Shown: piece by piece, positions 1-12,959 of the stretch
How positions within the stretch are numbered: position 1 is the stretch's first letter
How the letters are laid out: the number at the start of each line of letters is the position of its first letter
DNA from: Toensbergia leucococca
Taxonomy: Eukaryota
Reading direction: 5' to 3'
NCBI GenBank assembly: GCA_022813965.1
Contig: JALDZS010000155.1
Coordinates: 1 to 56,772, forward strand
DNA: 56,772 nucleotides
The notes under the pieces: model-generated
What the model saw: the letters and a program-made list of their open reading frames with translations, nothing else
Database searches by the model: none
What the model was told of the DNA's origin: nothing
Position numbers and translations under genes: made by a program

Positions 1-420
1 CAGCTTCACATCCAACCCCTCCACCTCCCCACCCCATTCCGCCCTTCGCGCTCCTTTTCTCTTGACGAAATCCCACACCTCCTCCCCTCACATCCCCCTT
101 CTCACTCCTTGAAAAAGCTCACTCCTTAAAAAAAGCCCAATCACATCCACAAGACAAAAAGTACATACTTTTCTACAACACCGCTTTTCTTTCATCCACT
201 CCGCTCATGTCTTGACGCGGCATTTGCTGTGATTGGGTTTGATGATGCGCTGTGGATGGTTTAGCCCTGTCTCTTTTTTTCTGACGCTTCTCTTCTCTGA
301 CGCTTCTCATTCACACACATCTTAGCTGTTTCATATCTCATAGACCCATCTCTCATATCATTTCTTCTTTTCTTTTGACCAGGGTATTTTGAGAGCCGCT
401 GCTTTACCTCCCCTATACCC

Positions 421-453
421 CCTCCTCTATACCTCCTCTATACCTCCTCTATA
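421..453. repeat. 11-bp tandem repeat (CCTCCTCTATA)x3
   Basis: Directly visible at 421-431, 432-442 and 443-453. Confidence 0.85.
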
Positions 454-1305
454 CACCCCTTCTCCCCGTCCCTCCCCCCCACTTCCCCAAGCCTTTTCCA
501 TTTTGAAGACGAGCAGCGTCACTCTTTTGATTTTCTTTTTTACATAGCAGGAAGGATTGATGGACCTGTGCCTGAGTATTGACTGTCCAGGTTTTAGAGG
601 TGAGCTTTCATGAGTTTTTTTGTAATTTTCTGAGGCTTTTTTTTGGAGGGGGGTTGGAGGTGTGATGTTTTTGATTTGTGGCTTTGGAGGTTCTGAGATG
701 TGATGATGTTGGAGGTGGGGGGGGGGCCAAGGGGAGGGGGTGTGGTTGTGAGGCTGAGAATTGAGGATTTTTTTGTCGTTTTTTTTGTTTTTTTGAGTGA
801 GTCGAGGTGCAGGGGGGGGGGTTTGGGGGGAGAATTTTTTCTTTTGGAGAAGGAGGGATGGTTTTTGGAGTTTGTTACTCTTGAGAGGGGGTGGGGTGAG
901 TGATGAGCTTGAATTTAGAGTTTTTTGTTCCTGTGAGGAGAGGAGAGGTGAGGTGAGGTGAGAGGGGGGAAGAGGAGCTGGTCCGTGGATGGGGATGGAG
1001 TTTGCGTTTCTGTGATCCGATGGTTTCTTGAGAAGAGTGCGTGCATGGGATGTGGAATAGGGGGTTTGTTGTGCTAGCGGTAGAGGGTTTTTCTTGCGTT
1101 TTTTGGGGCGATCGAATGTTTGACGCACGATGCTTGCTGTTATGATCGAGGTACCCCTTTGCTGATCAGGCAGAAGGCAATCAATCGGATGTTTTCTTGC
1201 TACAGGCGCTGTGTTCTAGATTCGTGATCCAAAGCCATCAGTGCCAGCCAAAAGAACGCCCGAAACATTCACGCTCCGCCCTCCACGCCACCACACCCCG
1301 CGCCT

Positions 1306-3424
1306 TCAAAAGTTCTCCCTGATATCTTCCTCCCTCTCCCCCAATGGCTCCCACTGAAATTCCACAATCTCATGCGTCATCACATACTCGCCAAACTCAT
1401 CCCGTATCACAATCGGCAGCCGCTCCAGCACCATCTGCTTGCCCTTCAGCCATGGCACCACGTATTGAAATCCGCCGTAGTAGACTACTCCCAGGAGTAA
1501 ACTGGCGAGACCGACGGAGGGCACGATGTACCATTGCACGTGCGTGATCTGGTAGGAGAAGGGCGAGCTGATGGATGGAGGGAGAAAGGCTACTATGAGG
1601 AGGAAGGCGCAGGCGAGGCTGGGGGGCTTGGTGAGCGTTTTTTTTGGGAATGTGTCTTGGAAGGGTGAGAGTTTGATTTACCTGTAGATGATTGCGGCGG
1701 TTGGTCCACCCCAGGGTTTAAAGCCGAGCTGACTGGTCCACCGCTTGCCTTCACGATATCGAAGGTATAGCAGTCCACTTGCCACGAGGAAGCCCATTAA
1801 AACGACAAGCACGTACGAGTACAGAGATACCAAGACTGTGTAGGCCGTCTCGGGCGGTTTTGCCGATGTGGCCCCAACTAGGATTACCGAGAAGGTCCAA
1901 TGCAAGAGCAGCGCTGCCGCGGGACTTTGCTCCTGGGGTTCGCAGGGGTAGTCGGGATGCTTTCGGGAGCGGCGCCAGGATTGGAGTCTTGCGAAGGGAG
2001 TAGTGGTGCTTTTGGAGAAGAAGCGGGAGAAAGGGAGGATGCCTTCTTTGGCAATTTCTTGCTTGACTTTAAGGGGTAATTTTGTGTTAGCTGTGAAGTT
2101 TATCACGATGCTCATGGGTGGTCCTTAGAATCATTACCTCGCGAAGCAGTAAATGTCATGACTATGATATTGCCCAGGACGGAGAACGCAATGATACCTG
2201 CCATCACACGCGTAGCAATCTCGTCTTCGAAAATATCCTTGAAGAATAATGTAGCCATGTCGAAATCCGTGGTCAATATCTGTGCTTTTGAAACAACGGC
2301 GAACTTGAATATAGTTAGAATTTGGTTTAGAAAGGTCCGAAGGAGAATGATTGTATACATATGCAACGTTGACTAATGTAAATAGTAGTGCTACAAAGAT
2401 CATGGCTCCAATTGTCGCCCTTGCAAAAGTCCTATTTGGTCGAGAGACTTCGCTAAGCACCTGTCGCGGAGCACATCAATTAAGTGCCATTTATATGAGC
2501 ATCTCAAGAGGATCATCTCAACTTACATTAAAGGGCTGTTCAAATCCGCTAAAAGAGTAAACAACGTAGAGAAAAGAATCGGCATAGCTTGCTGCGTCAC
2601 TTCGAGGATGTGAGAACGAAGTGTTGGTTTCAAAATTCGACGTCTTGATTGAGCCGTGCCCAAAAGAAGCACCTCCCAGAGCCGCGAACCCTAGCACTAT
2701 GATCAAGAGCAGTATTGCAACTTTCATAAAAGCTAGGCCATTGTTGAGCAGGATGCCACCCTTTCGCCATAGCGCATGTAGGAGACATGCTACGGTCAAG
2801 GCCGCGACAGCCAGACCCCTGACCGCTGAGGGATTATCTGGTTGTCCTGCGGCTTGCAAGACGTAGGTACCTAATACAATGGCATTCCCTGACAGGTTGC
2901 CGAGAATAATAAACATCACACCATACATGCAAGTAGTGAGGTAGCGGGGTCGACGGTAGATATATTCCAGCTGCACAAGTTTAGCCATAGTAAAAGCTCC
3001 TCAGCCAGTCCCAGGAATCCAGGCTCACATAATTCTTCTCCCCTCCACTTCGAGGCACACTCACTTCAACGCCATCGACCTCGAATCTGGGAATGGAGAG
3101 ACCAAGTTCAAGCCATACCAGAAGACCCGAGGTAGATACGATAGCACCAAGGGCCCAGAAAAGAAGCGATATCCCAACACTATCGGTTCCTCTTAAGATT
3201 ATTGCTGGGCCGACATATATACCCGAGCCTGTCATGACAGTCTGTCAACAACAAACCTCTTTCCTCGGCGTTGAAAGGCACTCACCAATTGTACGATTTA
3301 GGATGAGGCATACCACCGTCGTAGCTCCCAGCTTCTGTGGCTCCGAAGGAGCTTTGACAATAATCTTGCTTGAGTCATTCTCAGCTTCCTTCAAGCGATC
3401 GAGGTCGGCCTGGTCATGTGACAT
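1306..3424 (-). CDS. APC-family amino-acid permease (high-affinity methionine permease Mup1-like), multi-exon
   Basis: Spliced ORF pieces give LILNRTIG-SGIY, SLLFWALG, WLELGLSIP, PRSGGEKNY-LEYIY, YSFSGFEQP, MTFTASR-VKQEIAKEGILPFS, plus many TM segments. Canonical introns, e.g. 3285-3229, 3028-2971, 2526-2461. First in-frame ATG at 3424 (the ORF-track start 3442 is TTG). Stop at 1306. Confidence 0.9.
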
Positions 3425-3992
3425 TTTTGTATCCGATAGCAATGAGCATTCCTCGTCTGGGTGCTAGAAATGAGAAGTAATCGGACGATGAAGATCGTGT
3501 CCCTACTCCGTCGAGCTCTGCTCTATATCTGTCGCAATAGCCAGTATGGCCGGCTTGAAGATTGCTCATATCTGCGGGGTCAGCAAGCCTCGTTATAAGA
3601 AGGACAGCATACGTTAGACAAGGCTGAGGAATTGAAGTGAAAAACGCCCGACCTCAGAGTTAGTCATAGGGGGTGAGGGGGTTGTAGGCGACGTTTGTTT
3701 CCATAGAATTGCTGCGCCTCAGCCACAACCATTCAAACCAATCAAAATTCGGCGATAAGAAACCCAAAAGCCACAAGTCAATGCAAATGACCAAATCTAG
3801 ACGAGGCTGTGTATCTGTGGGAGAATGTTGATGGTGTCGAACGAGGTCATAAGTTCAGAGGAGCTGAGTCGTACCAAGTCTGCAAGATGCAGTCCATGCT
3901 TAGATTCCATTTATTTCCCGTTCTCCTTCTCTTTTTCTTCGTCTTTTTCTTTTGACCGATTATGCGCTACAACTCACTCGACTCATGCGAAC

Positions 3993-6604
3993 ATGTCGTT
4001 CGGCTTCTCACCGTCGGACATCATTGCAGCTGTTGCACTTGCATATAAAATATATGAAAAATGCTTCACTAGGGCTCAAGGAGCGGGTGCGTAATCAAAG
4101 TCAAATCTCCTATACATCATCCAAGGGCCTGATATGTACTGTAATCCACGAAGACAGAAAGTATCTTGAATTTGGCCGGGAGATAAAGGTACTCGGCGAG
4201 AACCTTGAAGGGCTGGTCGAAGTGATTAGAAAGGTCCAAGGAGACGATATTTCTTCCAATCTTGGTTCACTCCTGGAGATTACAGGAGACTTCACCGAGA
4301 CTCTGAAAGCATGCCAAAAGGTCTTGAGCGACAACTCAAAGTTCTGTCGTAACAAAGCCGACTTTGTCGATAACGTACTCTGGTGGGTGGCGGGGACGGA
4401 GAGAGTCGTAATTGGCCTTAGAGAACGCTGCCGTCTTCATTCAATGAAGGTACTGAATCAGAATTCAATCGTAAGAGTGTTGCTGGAGATACTGACTATA
4501 TAGATACTCCTGGTTACCAAACCATTCGAGCTGTGAGAAACAAAGCAATTTGGAGTGTTAGAAGGATCAATGCTTATATTTGCTTACTCGTCAATAGGAA
4601 TCTTCTTCTGGACCTGAAAGAAGCTGTCAGAGATATAAGGAAGCTTCTGACGTCCACCGTGTCACTACCTTCAGTGCAGCCATGGCTGGAAACGCGCTTT
4701 GCGGCTGCGTTGAATGTCAATAAACCAATCTCATTTGAAAGTACAGATTTTCCTCTTCAAGAGAGTCTTGACGCTCTTGTTTTCCACTTTCAAAAGGTTC
4801 ACCAAATCCATCCGGGTCATTTCATATCAGGGTGGCTGAATTCATGTTAGAGTACTGTTAACTTCAATCCCGGGCACTACCCGAACCAGAGAATCCCCGA
4901 AGAAACACAATACTTGAATCTAGTAAAAAGTACCTGGATCGTCCAGAAAATTAAAGAGAGCTCACAATTCAGGGCTGCGGGGCCGAGGTCACTTTGGGCA
5001 GGCTGCATTGAGAGATACCTTGAGGTAATATGGTTCTAGTCCGTGACAATGCCAGAGTCATCAAACTAAGATATGGTGCATTTTAGGATATCGATGCTGA
5101 ATACGGGCGATTCAATCCCGATCAACTCATTGCACCAACAGATGAAGAGATCTCTAGGCTGCCAGAGGAGTGTTTCTCAATCTGGATCGTTGGCCAAAGT
5201 ACCGAGCGACCTCCGGTGCTCACGGATGAAAGACCACTAGAAGAAAAGATACTAGAACTGTAAGCTCTGAATATCAAAGTATGCAAGGCGTTTTCTTATA
5301 AATGTCGATAGCGCCCTCCCAAGAGCTTTTGGCACACGAAGCTCAGCGCTCACCATCCTTCGTAAATCGGACAGAGAATTACGCATCGTCTGCACGACAA
5401 CAGATGATCAGAATGACTTGTTCCGCGAAGCAGAAAGTGAGCCGCTCTCCATGCCCGATATTATCAATTATGGCAGATTAGTGAGATCTTCAGGTTACGA
5501 GGTCAATACACACAGCACTCGGTTTATTCCAGTGTATGCTGTCCCAGGCTCGACCTGTACAAATAATGTGCTATTTTACAGTCCCGAAGGCAGCAAGACG
5601 GGGTACTCCTTTGAGTGTCGAGATGGTATGTTGTAGTAACCTTGATAACTTGGTATCTCTTGCAATCCGCATCTAAGACTCACCTCGGACAGATGTGAGG
5701 CAATTCCAACAAGCCATCACAGGCTTCAAAGTTACCTTTGATAAGTTAGTAATAGTAACTCTCATATCGTAAGTCCGAGCACTAATATTAGAATACATCG
5801 TAGGGCAGACATAAATTGGTGTACTTACACTAAACCATCTTTGCTTTCAAGAGCTGGAACGGAGAAGGGGGTTTGTAGAATCCAGATCTGGCAACCGAAG
5901 GCCTTTCCAAAAATTGGTCCGGCAAGAGAAGGAGCATCATCACCGCCCGCGAGCACCGACCTCCATAGACAATCGACAGGGCTCGTAACCACCGCTTTGT
6001 TTGACACTCTTTCCGCCCAAAGCAATGCTTCCGTGGTGACTGGATCTGGTGTCGTCGGCTTATCCTTCTCGACACCTGAGCTTCCAACAATGGTGTTATT
6101 CACCACATACAAGGGAAAATACACCTTCCTGCAGTTGAAGCGTATGCTTGATTGACCAGCAATGTACTTGCACTAGCTAGCTGCTGATTTGCTTTAGTTC
6201 ACTATGCGGTCTATATCAACACAAAATCCTGCAGCTGCAGGGATCCCAAGAAGTCGTGTTGCCGAGTAGTCATCGAAAGCAAAAGGAAGGAAACTCCTCT
6301 GGACTTGAAACGGCATTGCGCGCAAAATGAATCGGAAGAAGGCCTTAATACATGGGACCTCGCACGACTAAGAACGCCAAAGCATCCAGGGTCCAGATAT
6401 CTGGAGCAACTTCAAAATATTGCATACATATATCTTGACTTCCCGAGTCTTGAAGGTCAGTTTTCCACACAAAGGAGCACTGAAATGCTGATTTTTTGAG
6501 TAGACAAGGAAGCATTTAAGGAAAAGTTTGATGAAATCTCCAAGACCCGAGATCAGGATAGAGACCATTACAACTCGGTGCTAGCAAGCTTGAGACGGAG
6601 GTAA
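3993..6604 (+). CDS. Multi-exon fungal protein with a HeLo-like/SesA-type N-terminal helical domain; C-terminal part unassigned
   Basis: Starts MSFGFSPSDIIAAVALAYKIYEKCF, the usual opening of fungal HeLo-like N-terminal domains. About 10-11 GT-AG introns join into one reading frame ending DKEAFKEKFDEISKTRDQDRDHYNSVLASLRRR* (TAA 6602-6604). Confidence 0.75.
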
Positions 6605-9600
6605 AGAATGGATATTTAAATTTGAATGCTTAGGATTTTCGGATTTGAAGATGTAAATAAAACTCAAGGACGACCTCGAAGTGGGTTATCGAGTGAAGTA
6701 GATGGTGAGAGCATCACTCTTCTCCATGCGGTAAATGATATCTAAAGACCTGGAATACTCACCCGGTCTGCTCATGCTCTGTCACGCTCTGTCACATCGA
6801 GACATGGATGAGTGGAGAGCACTGTACTCGTCTCGCCCAAAGTTAAGGGGGTATACGGCCGTGATCTAAACTTGGGAGGACACATTTTCCATTTCCATAC
6901 TTACCAAGAACCAATGAATGTGCGGACTAATGGTCATGTTTCTCTCCCTCGGTCAATCTATTGCAGTACATTCCGTTGACTTGCCCGGAATGTTTATTAA
7001 GCTTCGTCGGGCTCCGTATACGTGTTCCTAGCCATTCAAAGAAGGTTATGCAGGTGGATCGAGGTGTATGTTAGACGTAGATTCATGATTGTAGAGAGAA
7101 GAGAATGAAGGAGGAAGCGCGAAGGAATTTGAGTTCTGCATCGTATGAAGATCGTGGCCGCCGTGTAAATGTTCGTGTTTCATCAAACTTCAAACGTCAT
7201 CCGTCTCGGTTACCGTACTAATCCAGTTCTGGCTCAGCCCGAGCCCAGCCTCAACTCCCAACATCTTCTTGACATTTCCCCCCTCTCCCTATTGTATCCG
7301 TACTGATTGTAATGATTTGCAAATATCTAGATACTGGCCCAAATCTAAATTGTGTCGCGCTGGGCAGCATTGAAACATCAAGAAGAGATGAACAAGCACA
7401 CTCTCGAGGCTAAGAATACTCTTAACGCGTCTCTCAGTGGCTTCAACCTCCCTCTGCTCTGACATTTCCTTGTCCTATAAACCATTCTGTGCTACTTTAA
7501 TCCAGTGAAGCGTTTGGAGCTCCTGGGTAGCATCTTTCATCACTGATACCACGGTAATCTGTGAGATATCTCGGTGAGTTTTCTACGAATGATACTTGAT
7601 GGTCTCGGCCTTACAGCCGCATGTCATTTCTCCCACTTTCGGTATACAGCTTAAGTGGACGGGAGGCGACAGGATGTACGAGAAAGAAGAGAAGATGCAT
7701 GGAAGACAGCCTCGGTGGATGCTAAAAGTGACAGCTCATGATGTAGCACCAGTGCAACGCCCGAGCGGCTTTGTTCTGTAACACTCAAAGGGTCATCAGT
7801 GATTGAATATCAATGGCGGCAACGTTGTTGGCTAATTCTGGATTATCCTTTGGTTGGTTTCTCTTAAGTTTGTCAGGTCTTTCATTCCGATACTGCATGC
7901 GAAACCATCCCTCGGCCGGGAAGAACCGTCTCCTATTTTAGTACATAAATGTCTTGAGACGACACATGGGCCTCATGAAAGATGAAAGCAGATCAATGGG
8001 AAGTCTGTAAACTAAGACTGTGAAGCCTGCAGCGCTGCTCAAGATCAGTTTCATCTTAGCTTTTTGCAACGGCCATAGTACAAGCACTATGAAAGGACTG
8101 TGATGGGCTAGACATTCCTACTGATCAAAGATATTGAAAAGATGATGTCACCGTACTCACGAAGTTTTGTTATCAGATGCTCGCATTCAGCTCCTTCCTT
8201 ATAGAAAGAGATGTGGAAGAGATCTTTGGTACCAAGTTGACGACGCCAAAGCCTATGCGACTGAGGAATATGAACATGCTCTCTTACAGCCACCCGTTGG
8301 TCTCTTTTTGGTATCCTAACTTTATTATTGCACTCGATGGCTGTGCAGAGGATATTAGTGTCTTTACGCTTAGCACGAGTACTCATACAAGTATCTACTC
8401 ACACGGTCACTGAAAATTGTCTATCTGCCACGTGTCGAAATTGGAATGCGGTGGATTTCAATGATATATTTTGCTTTCTCAAATTTTGTTGGACAGACTA
8501 AAATTAACATCAAGGTAGAACCACTGGAAGACCCCAGAGGAGGTGCTACTTGCGAGCCGGGGCATCGGAAGCTGGAGAATGTTTCAGTTTGCCTCTAGGC
8601 CATACGTAGGACTACGTATCGGATTGTCGTGTGGAAGATAGAGGATAGTCATCTCTACCTACTTGAGGCTTCAAAGACTCCCGTCAAACCTCGGCATGAA
8701 AAGCTTCTTGCATCGGACGGATAACGCTGATATTGCCCGCTCCACGACCCACAGCAACTCACACAATGAAGGGCGCAGACATGCGAGATCCCGCAAAATG
8801 ACACATCAACTATCAAAAGCGTTGACTCCTCAAATCAGGGTCAGATGAATCTACGTCGTGGGGACGAAGATTATCTCGAATGATAATAGAGCGCATAGTC
8901 TGCAGGGTTTTACCAAAGGTTCAATTTCTGACAAAGCTTTACCGTACGGGCGCCCACGCTGACGGTTGTACGAGCGGTACGAAGCGTCCAAGGCTTAAGC
9001 TAACGACGACATCTATCGAGTCAGGCTACTTCACCTCCACTCCATACTTCGCCATCTAAAGGTATCTGTTACTATTCTTGCAACAATCAAAGAGGAGATA
9101 GAAATCTTCATTGACTTGGGTAGTCGAATTTGATTATTTACATATCTGTATTTCATCACGTACTCCATTCTCGATCTTCAATATGCATGCATGCGTAACA
9201 ACGGGACTGATGACCTTCCGATGTCTGCAATACATGGATGCGGGTACCTACAGCAAATCGTCGGCACCTGGTAAGAAAAATGATGCACCGCATACAAGGG
9301 CTGGAAGGCCATTGGCCAGTATTGATTGGTGCCTGCATGTAATTTCTGATTGCTCGTATTTCGTCTACTTCATGGCAAATGGTCCCAGAGCCTGACGCTT
9401 CATCCTCCACGCAAAGATTGGTCTCTCTCCTTGTCATTTTACTGCTAGAGAATGTTTCTACCGTCTACATGTCATGTCCGTCGTAATACTGGGTAGAAAG
9501 AAGCCCAATGAAGTTGTCATCTACCTTAAGATACGGCAGAAAAAAATAGCACGAATACCGGTCAAGAGGTAAGGTAGTCGTACCTACTCAACATAGAAAG

Positions 9601-9708
9601 ACTCGTCATGCCGCCCAGTCTTAAAAGAAGGTCGTCCACATAAGCTTAGTTTGACGACGTGAAGCCTCCATCCTCCAGCCTCCAGCAAGCATCTTACTAC
9701 CTCCTGCC

Positions 9709-11839
9709 ATGGCGAACCTATTCACCCTCTTTCGTTCAGTGCTATTCTTATTTCTAGTGGCCTTAGTCGATGCAGTGGAAATCTCAGGTGTCCAAGGAGG
9801 CGTCAATACCTTTACAGGACAGAGGCCCGCAAGGCAAGATATCTCCACCTTTCAGTTCTCTGGTGCTCCCTTCGATCTCTACATCCTTTCCCTGGAACAG
9901 TTCTTAGCACAGGATCAAGCAGACATTCTTTCTTACTACCAAATCGCTGGTATGTATCGAGAAGGTCCGAGATGCAGCTATCTTCCGTATTGATGGCAAG
10001 TAAAGGTATCCACGGATATCCATTTATTCCGTGGGATGGCGTTGACGGAGACTATCCCGCTGGATATTGTACTCATGGATCAATTCTCTTTCCTTCTTGG
10101 CATCGACCTTACGTGGCCTTGTTCGAGGCATGTCAATGTCTCATCTACTTGCATAGCAGTCATAGCTAAATCTACCTAGCAAGTCTTATGGTCTATCGCC
10201 CAGAAGATCGCCAGACAGTATCCAATATCTCTGCGAGGGAAGTACATAGCGGCAGCTCAGAATTTACGGCTCACTTACTGGGATTGGGCTATTAATCCAA
10301 CCATGCCGGCAATAGTCAACAGCCCTATGATCAACGTCACAAGTCCTCAAGGACCTACATTTATGGTCAATCCTCTGTACAACTACACCTTTCATCCACA
10401 ACCTTCGGCTTCCGATTTTCCGCCCGACCAGCCAGCAAGTCTATGCCTCCTCCTTGTTACAGCTGATTGCTGATTAAAATCTAGCTATCAGCCTACCACA
10501 GTACTGTGCGAGGCCCAGATTCTGCAGGACAGAGTCAACCTGACATGGTCAACAAGCAATTGGCTGCCAATGGCCAAGCGTGAGTCTCCGTATTGTACAT
10601 CGCACAGGAGGGTTTTGCTTACCGAGATAGATTCCAAACTTTGACCTATCAATTACTCGCAGCTGAATCAGACTATGCGCCTTTCTCGAATACAGGATAT
10701 TTCGATAGCCGCGGTAACCGTTACAACAGTCTGGAGAACATGCACAATGTCATCCACTCCATTGTTGGAAGTGGAGGCCACATGAGTGATATACCTTTTG
10801 CAGGCTTCGATCCCATCTTCTGGCTTCATCACGCGCGAGTACGCCTCATTCAAGCTTCAAAATAAAGCTAACAATATTTCCAGGAACGTTGACAGACTCT
10901 TCGCCATTTGGCAAGCCCTGTATCCGGACTCGTACACGACCCCAGAAGTTGATCCTTATGGCACTTTCACCAACAAACCTGGAGAAACAGAAGACATCAA
11001 CACAGGTTTTCTAACCCACTTCCTTCCGCTGACCTAGCTCTGACAAAGCCCCTAGCATTGACGCCCTTCCACTCCGACAACGCCAGTACTCTCTACACGT
11101 CTGCGACCGTGCGCTCAACCAAACACTTTGGTTATACCTATCCTGAAGTAAGCGATTGGAAAGTAACGCCGTCCCAGCTCTCTTCAAACGTCCGCGCCAA
11201 TGTCAATGCAATCTACAATCCCACAGGCAGCATTGCCCAGCGTTCTCTTCACCCGCGAAACAACACCCAAGCTCCAAGTACCAGTTCACAAAACGCAACA
11301 TCGTATCAATACTTTGTCAATATCCGCGTCAACAAGTAAGTCAGACTGCTCTATCTAACGAATCTTAATTGTCCCTGGATTCTCGGCCTCTGTTGGCCTC
11401 CACAGCTAATCTCTTCAGGTTTGCCCTCGCAACCTCCTTCTTCATTCACTTCTACTTCGGCCCCGTCCCTCCCTCCCCCACAACCTGGTCCTACGCCCCA
11501 AACTTAATAGCCACCTTCTCCATCCTTACTACCTCCAATCCGCGAACCATCACGACAACAACCCTTACCTATGGCCAAATCCCCCTCAACCACGTCCTCC
11601 CCGCCGATCTCTCCCCCACATGCATCATCCCGCTCCTGAAGCAACAACTCAATTGGCGCGTGCAACTTGTTGATGGCAGCGTGGTTGACGTTGGGGATGT
11701 TGCCGGGTTGAGTTGTTGGGTTGTGGGGCAGCAAGTTGTTGCGAGGGAGAGAGAAGATGCGTTTCCGGGCTTCGGGGAATGGCAGGTTTTTGGGGAAGTC
11801 ACGGAGGGGAGGGAGGGGGGATGGAGTGGGGAGGGTTGA
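9709..11839 (+). CDS. Secreted tyrosinase (type-3 copper protein) with C-terminal domain, 8 exons
   Basis: Signal peptide [22 protein letters not shown]. CuA motifs GIHGYP and [20 protein letters not shown]; CuB motifs LENMHNVIH and [15 protein letters not shown]. Inferred introns: 9950-10005, 10128-10179, 10435-10484, 10580-10630, 10835-10883, 11006-11055, 11336-11418. Confidence 0.93.
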
Positions 11840-12147
11840 GGGGGGTTTGAGATGGTGGTTTGATGGGTTGATGGGATCAGACTTTGAGATTTGCTTGGGG
11901 TGGAAAGGGGGAATAGATAGTAGTGTGGGGTTATTAGTATCGTAGGTGCTTTCGTAAGCTTTGTTGGCTGAGATTATGGTATCCGGGTAATCAACGCCCG
12001 TCTTGTTCATCATGCTGTTTGTTCTCATACTCGAAGGAAAAAGGAGAAGAAGAAGATGATGATGATTAGGATGATTAGTAGGGGTGATGGTAGAGCATGA
12101 TGTGAGTGGATAAAAATTAAAATTCTAGACTGATCCGTAGGTAGCTA

Positions 12148-12959
12148 CCGTATAATCTGTCATATAAGATACTAGTCCTATAGTCCGTTCATCGTCTGAA
12201 GTCCAATTGAAACCATATCTTATACTTCAGTAATATCTTTTAGACAAAATCATGTCTTATACTCAGTCCTCCGGCGAGGTCTGAGCTGAGAATCAATACA
12301 TTCACTTGAGAAATTTATCATACTCGCTATCAACCTCTCTAACACATCCCCGCCTCATCCTTACACATCTATCTAATCATGACCCTCACTCATACTCTCT
12401 CAAAGAGACAGATCGCTGAACTAGCTGATGAGCATTATGATAAGTATCATAAGAAGTATGCTTCCGGAAAGTACAGTGTAGGTGAAAGACGTATGTTGTT
12501 AACAGAATGAGTGAGTAAGGCTTGAAGGGAACTGCATAGAGATAAAGCAGACTTGATACGCAAAACCTTTAGACAAGTAGAACTTTCCTTAGCTGTGAAT
12601 GAGAGTGAGGATAAGGAGTTATGAATCAAGAATATATCAGATATTCAGGTGAGGGACTGAACTAGAAGATCTGAAGAAACAACCAATCTTGAGTCAGTGA
12701 ATGAAAATAAGGAGGAAGGGGTGAAGGAGGGGGAGGAGGTTCAGATATTTGACACTGACGATGAGGATGAGGATGAGTATGAGTCAGTCAGTGAGGTTGA
12801 GGAAGAGGAGGTGAAATACATACCTGAGACCCCCCTCACATGTAGATATTATTTTATAGACCAAAACACCCTCAGTCTACAGAAATTGATTTGAAACCAT
12901 ATTCTATACTCCCGTAGTATCCTGTAAACCGACCATGTCTTGTATGACAGATTATACGG
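12148..12959 (+). mobile_element. Internally deleted, RIP-mutated pogo/Tc2-like DNA transposon (812 bp)
   Basis: About 24-bp TIRs: left CCGTATAATCTGTCATATAAGATA; right (reverse complement) CCGTATAATCTGTCATACAAGACA. TA on both sides (12146-47, 12960-61). Internal relic reads YSVGERRMLLTE*VSKA*RELHRDKADLIRKTFRQVELSLAVNESEDKEL*IK plus an acidic tail, with W codons turned to TGA. Confidence 0.88.

Noticed and set aside
427..1128. 233-aa minus-strand ORF as a real gene
   Set aside because: Non-ATG start, low complexity, and openness explained by compositional skew; no recognisable motif.
11504..12028. 174-aa minus-strand ORF
   Set aside because: Antisense to the last tyrosinase exon and its G-rich 3' region.
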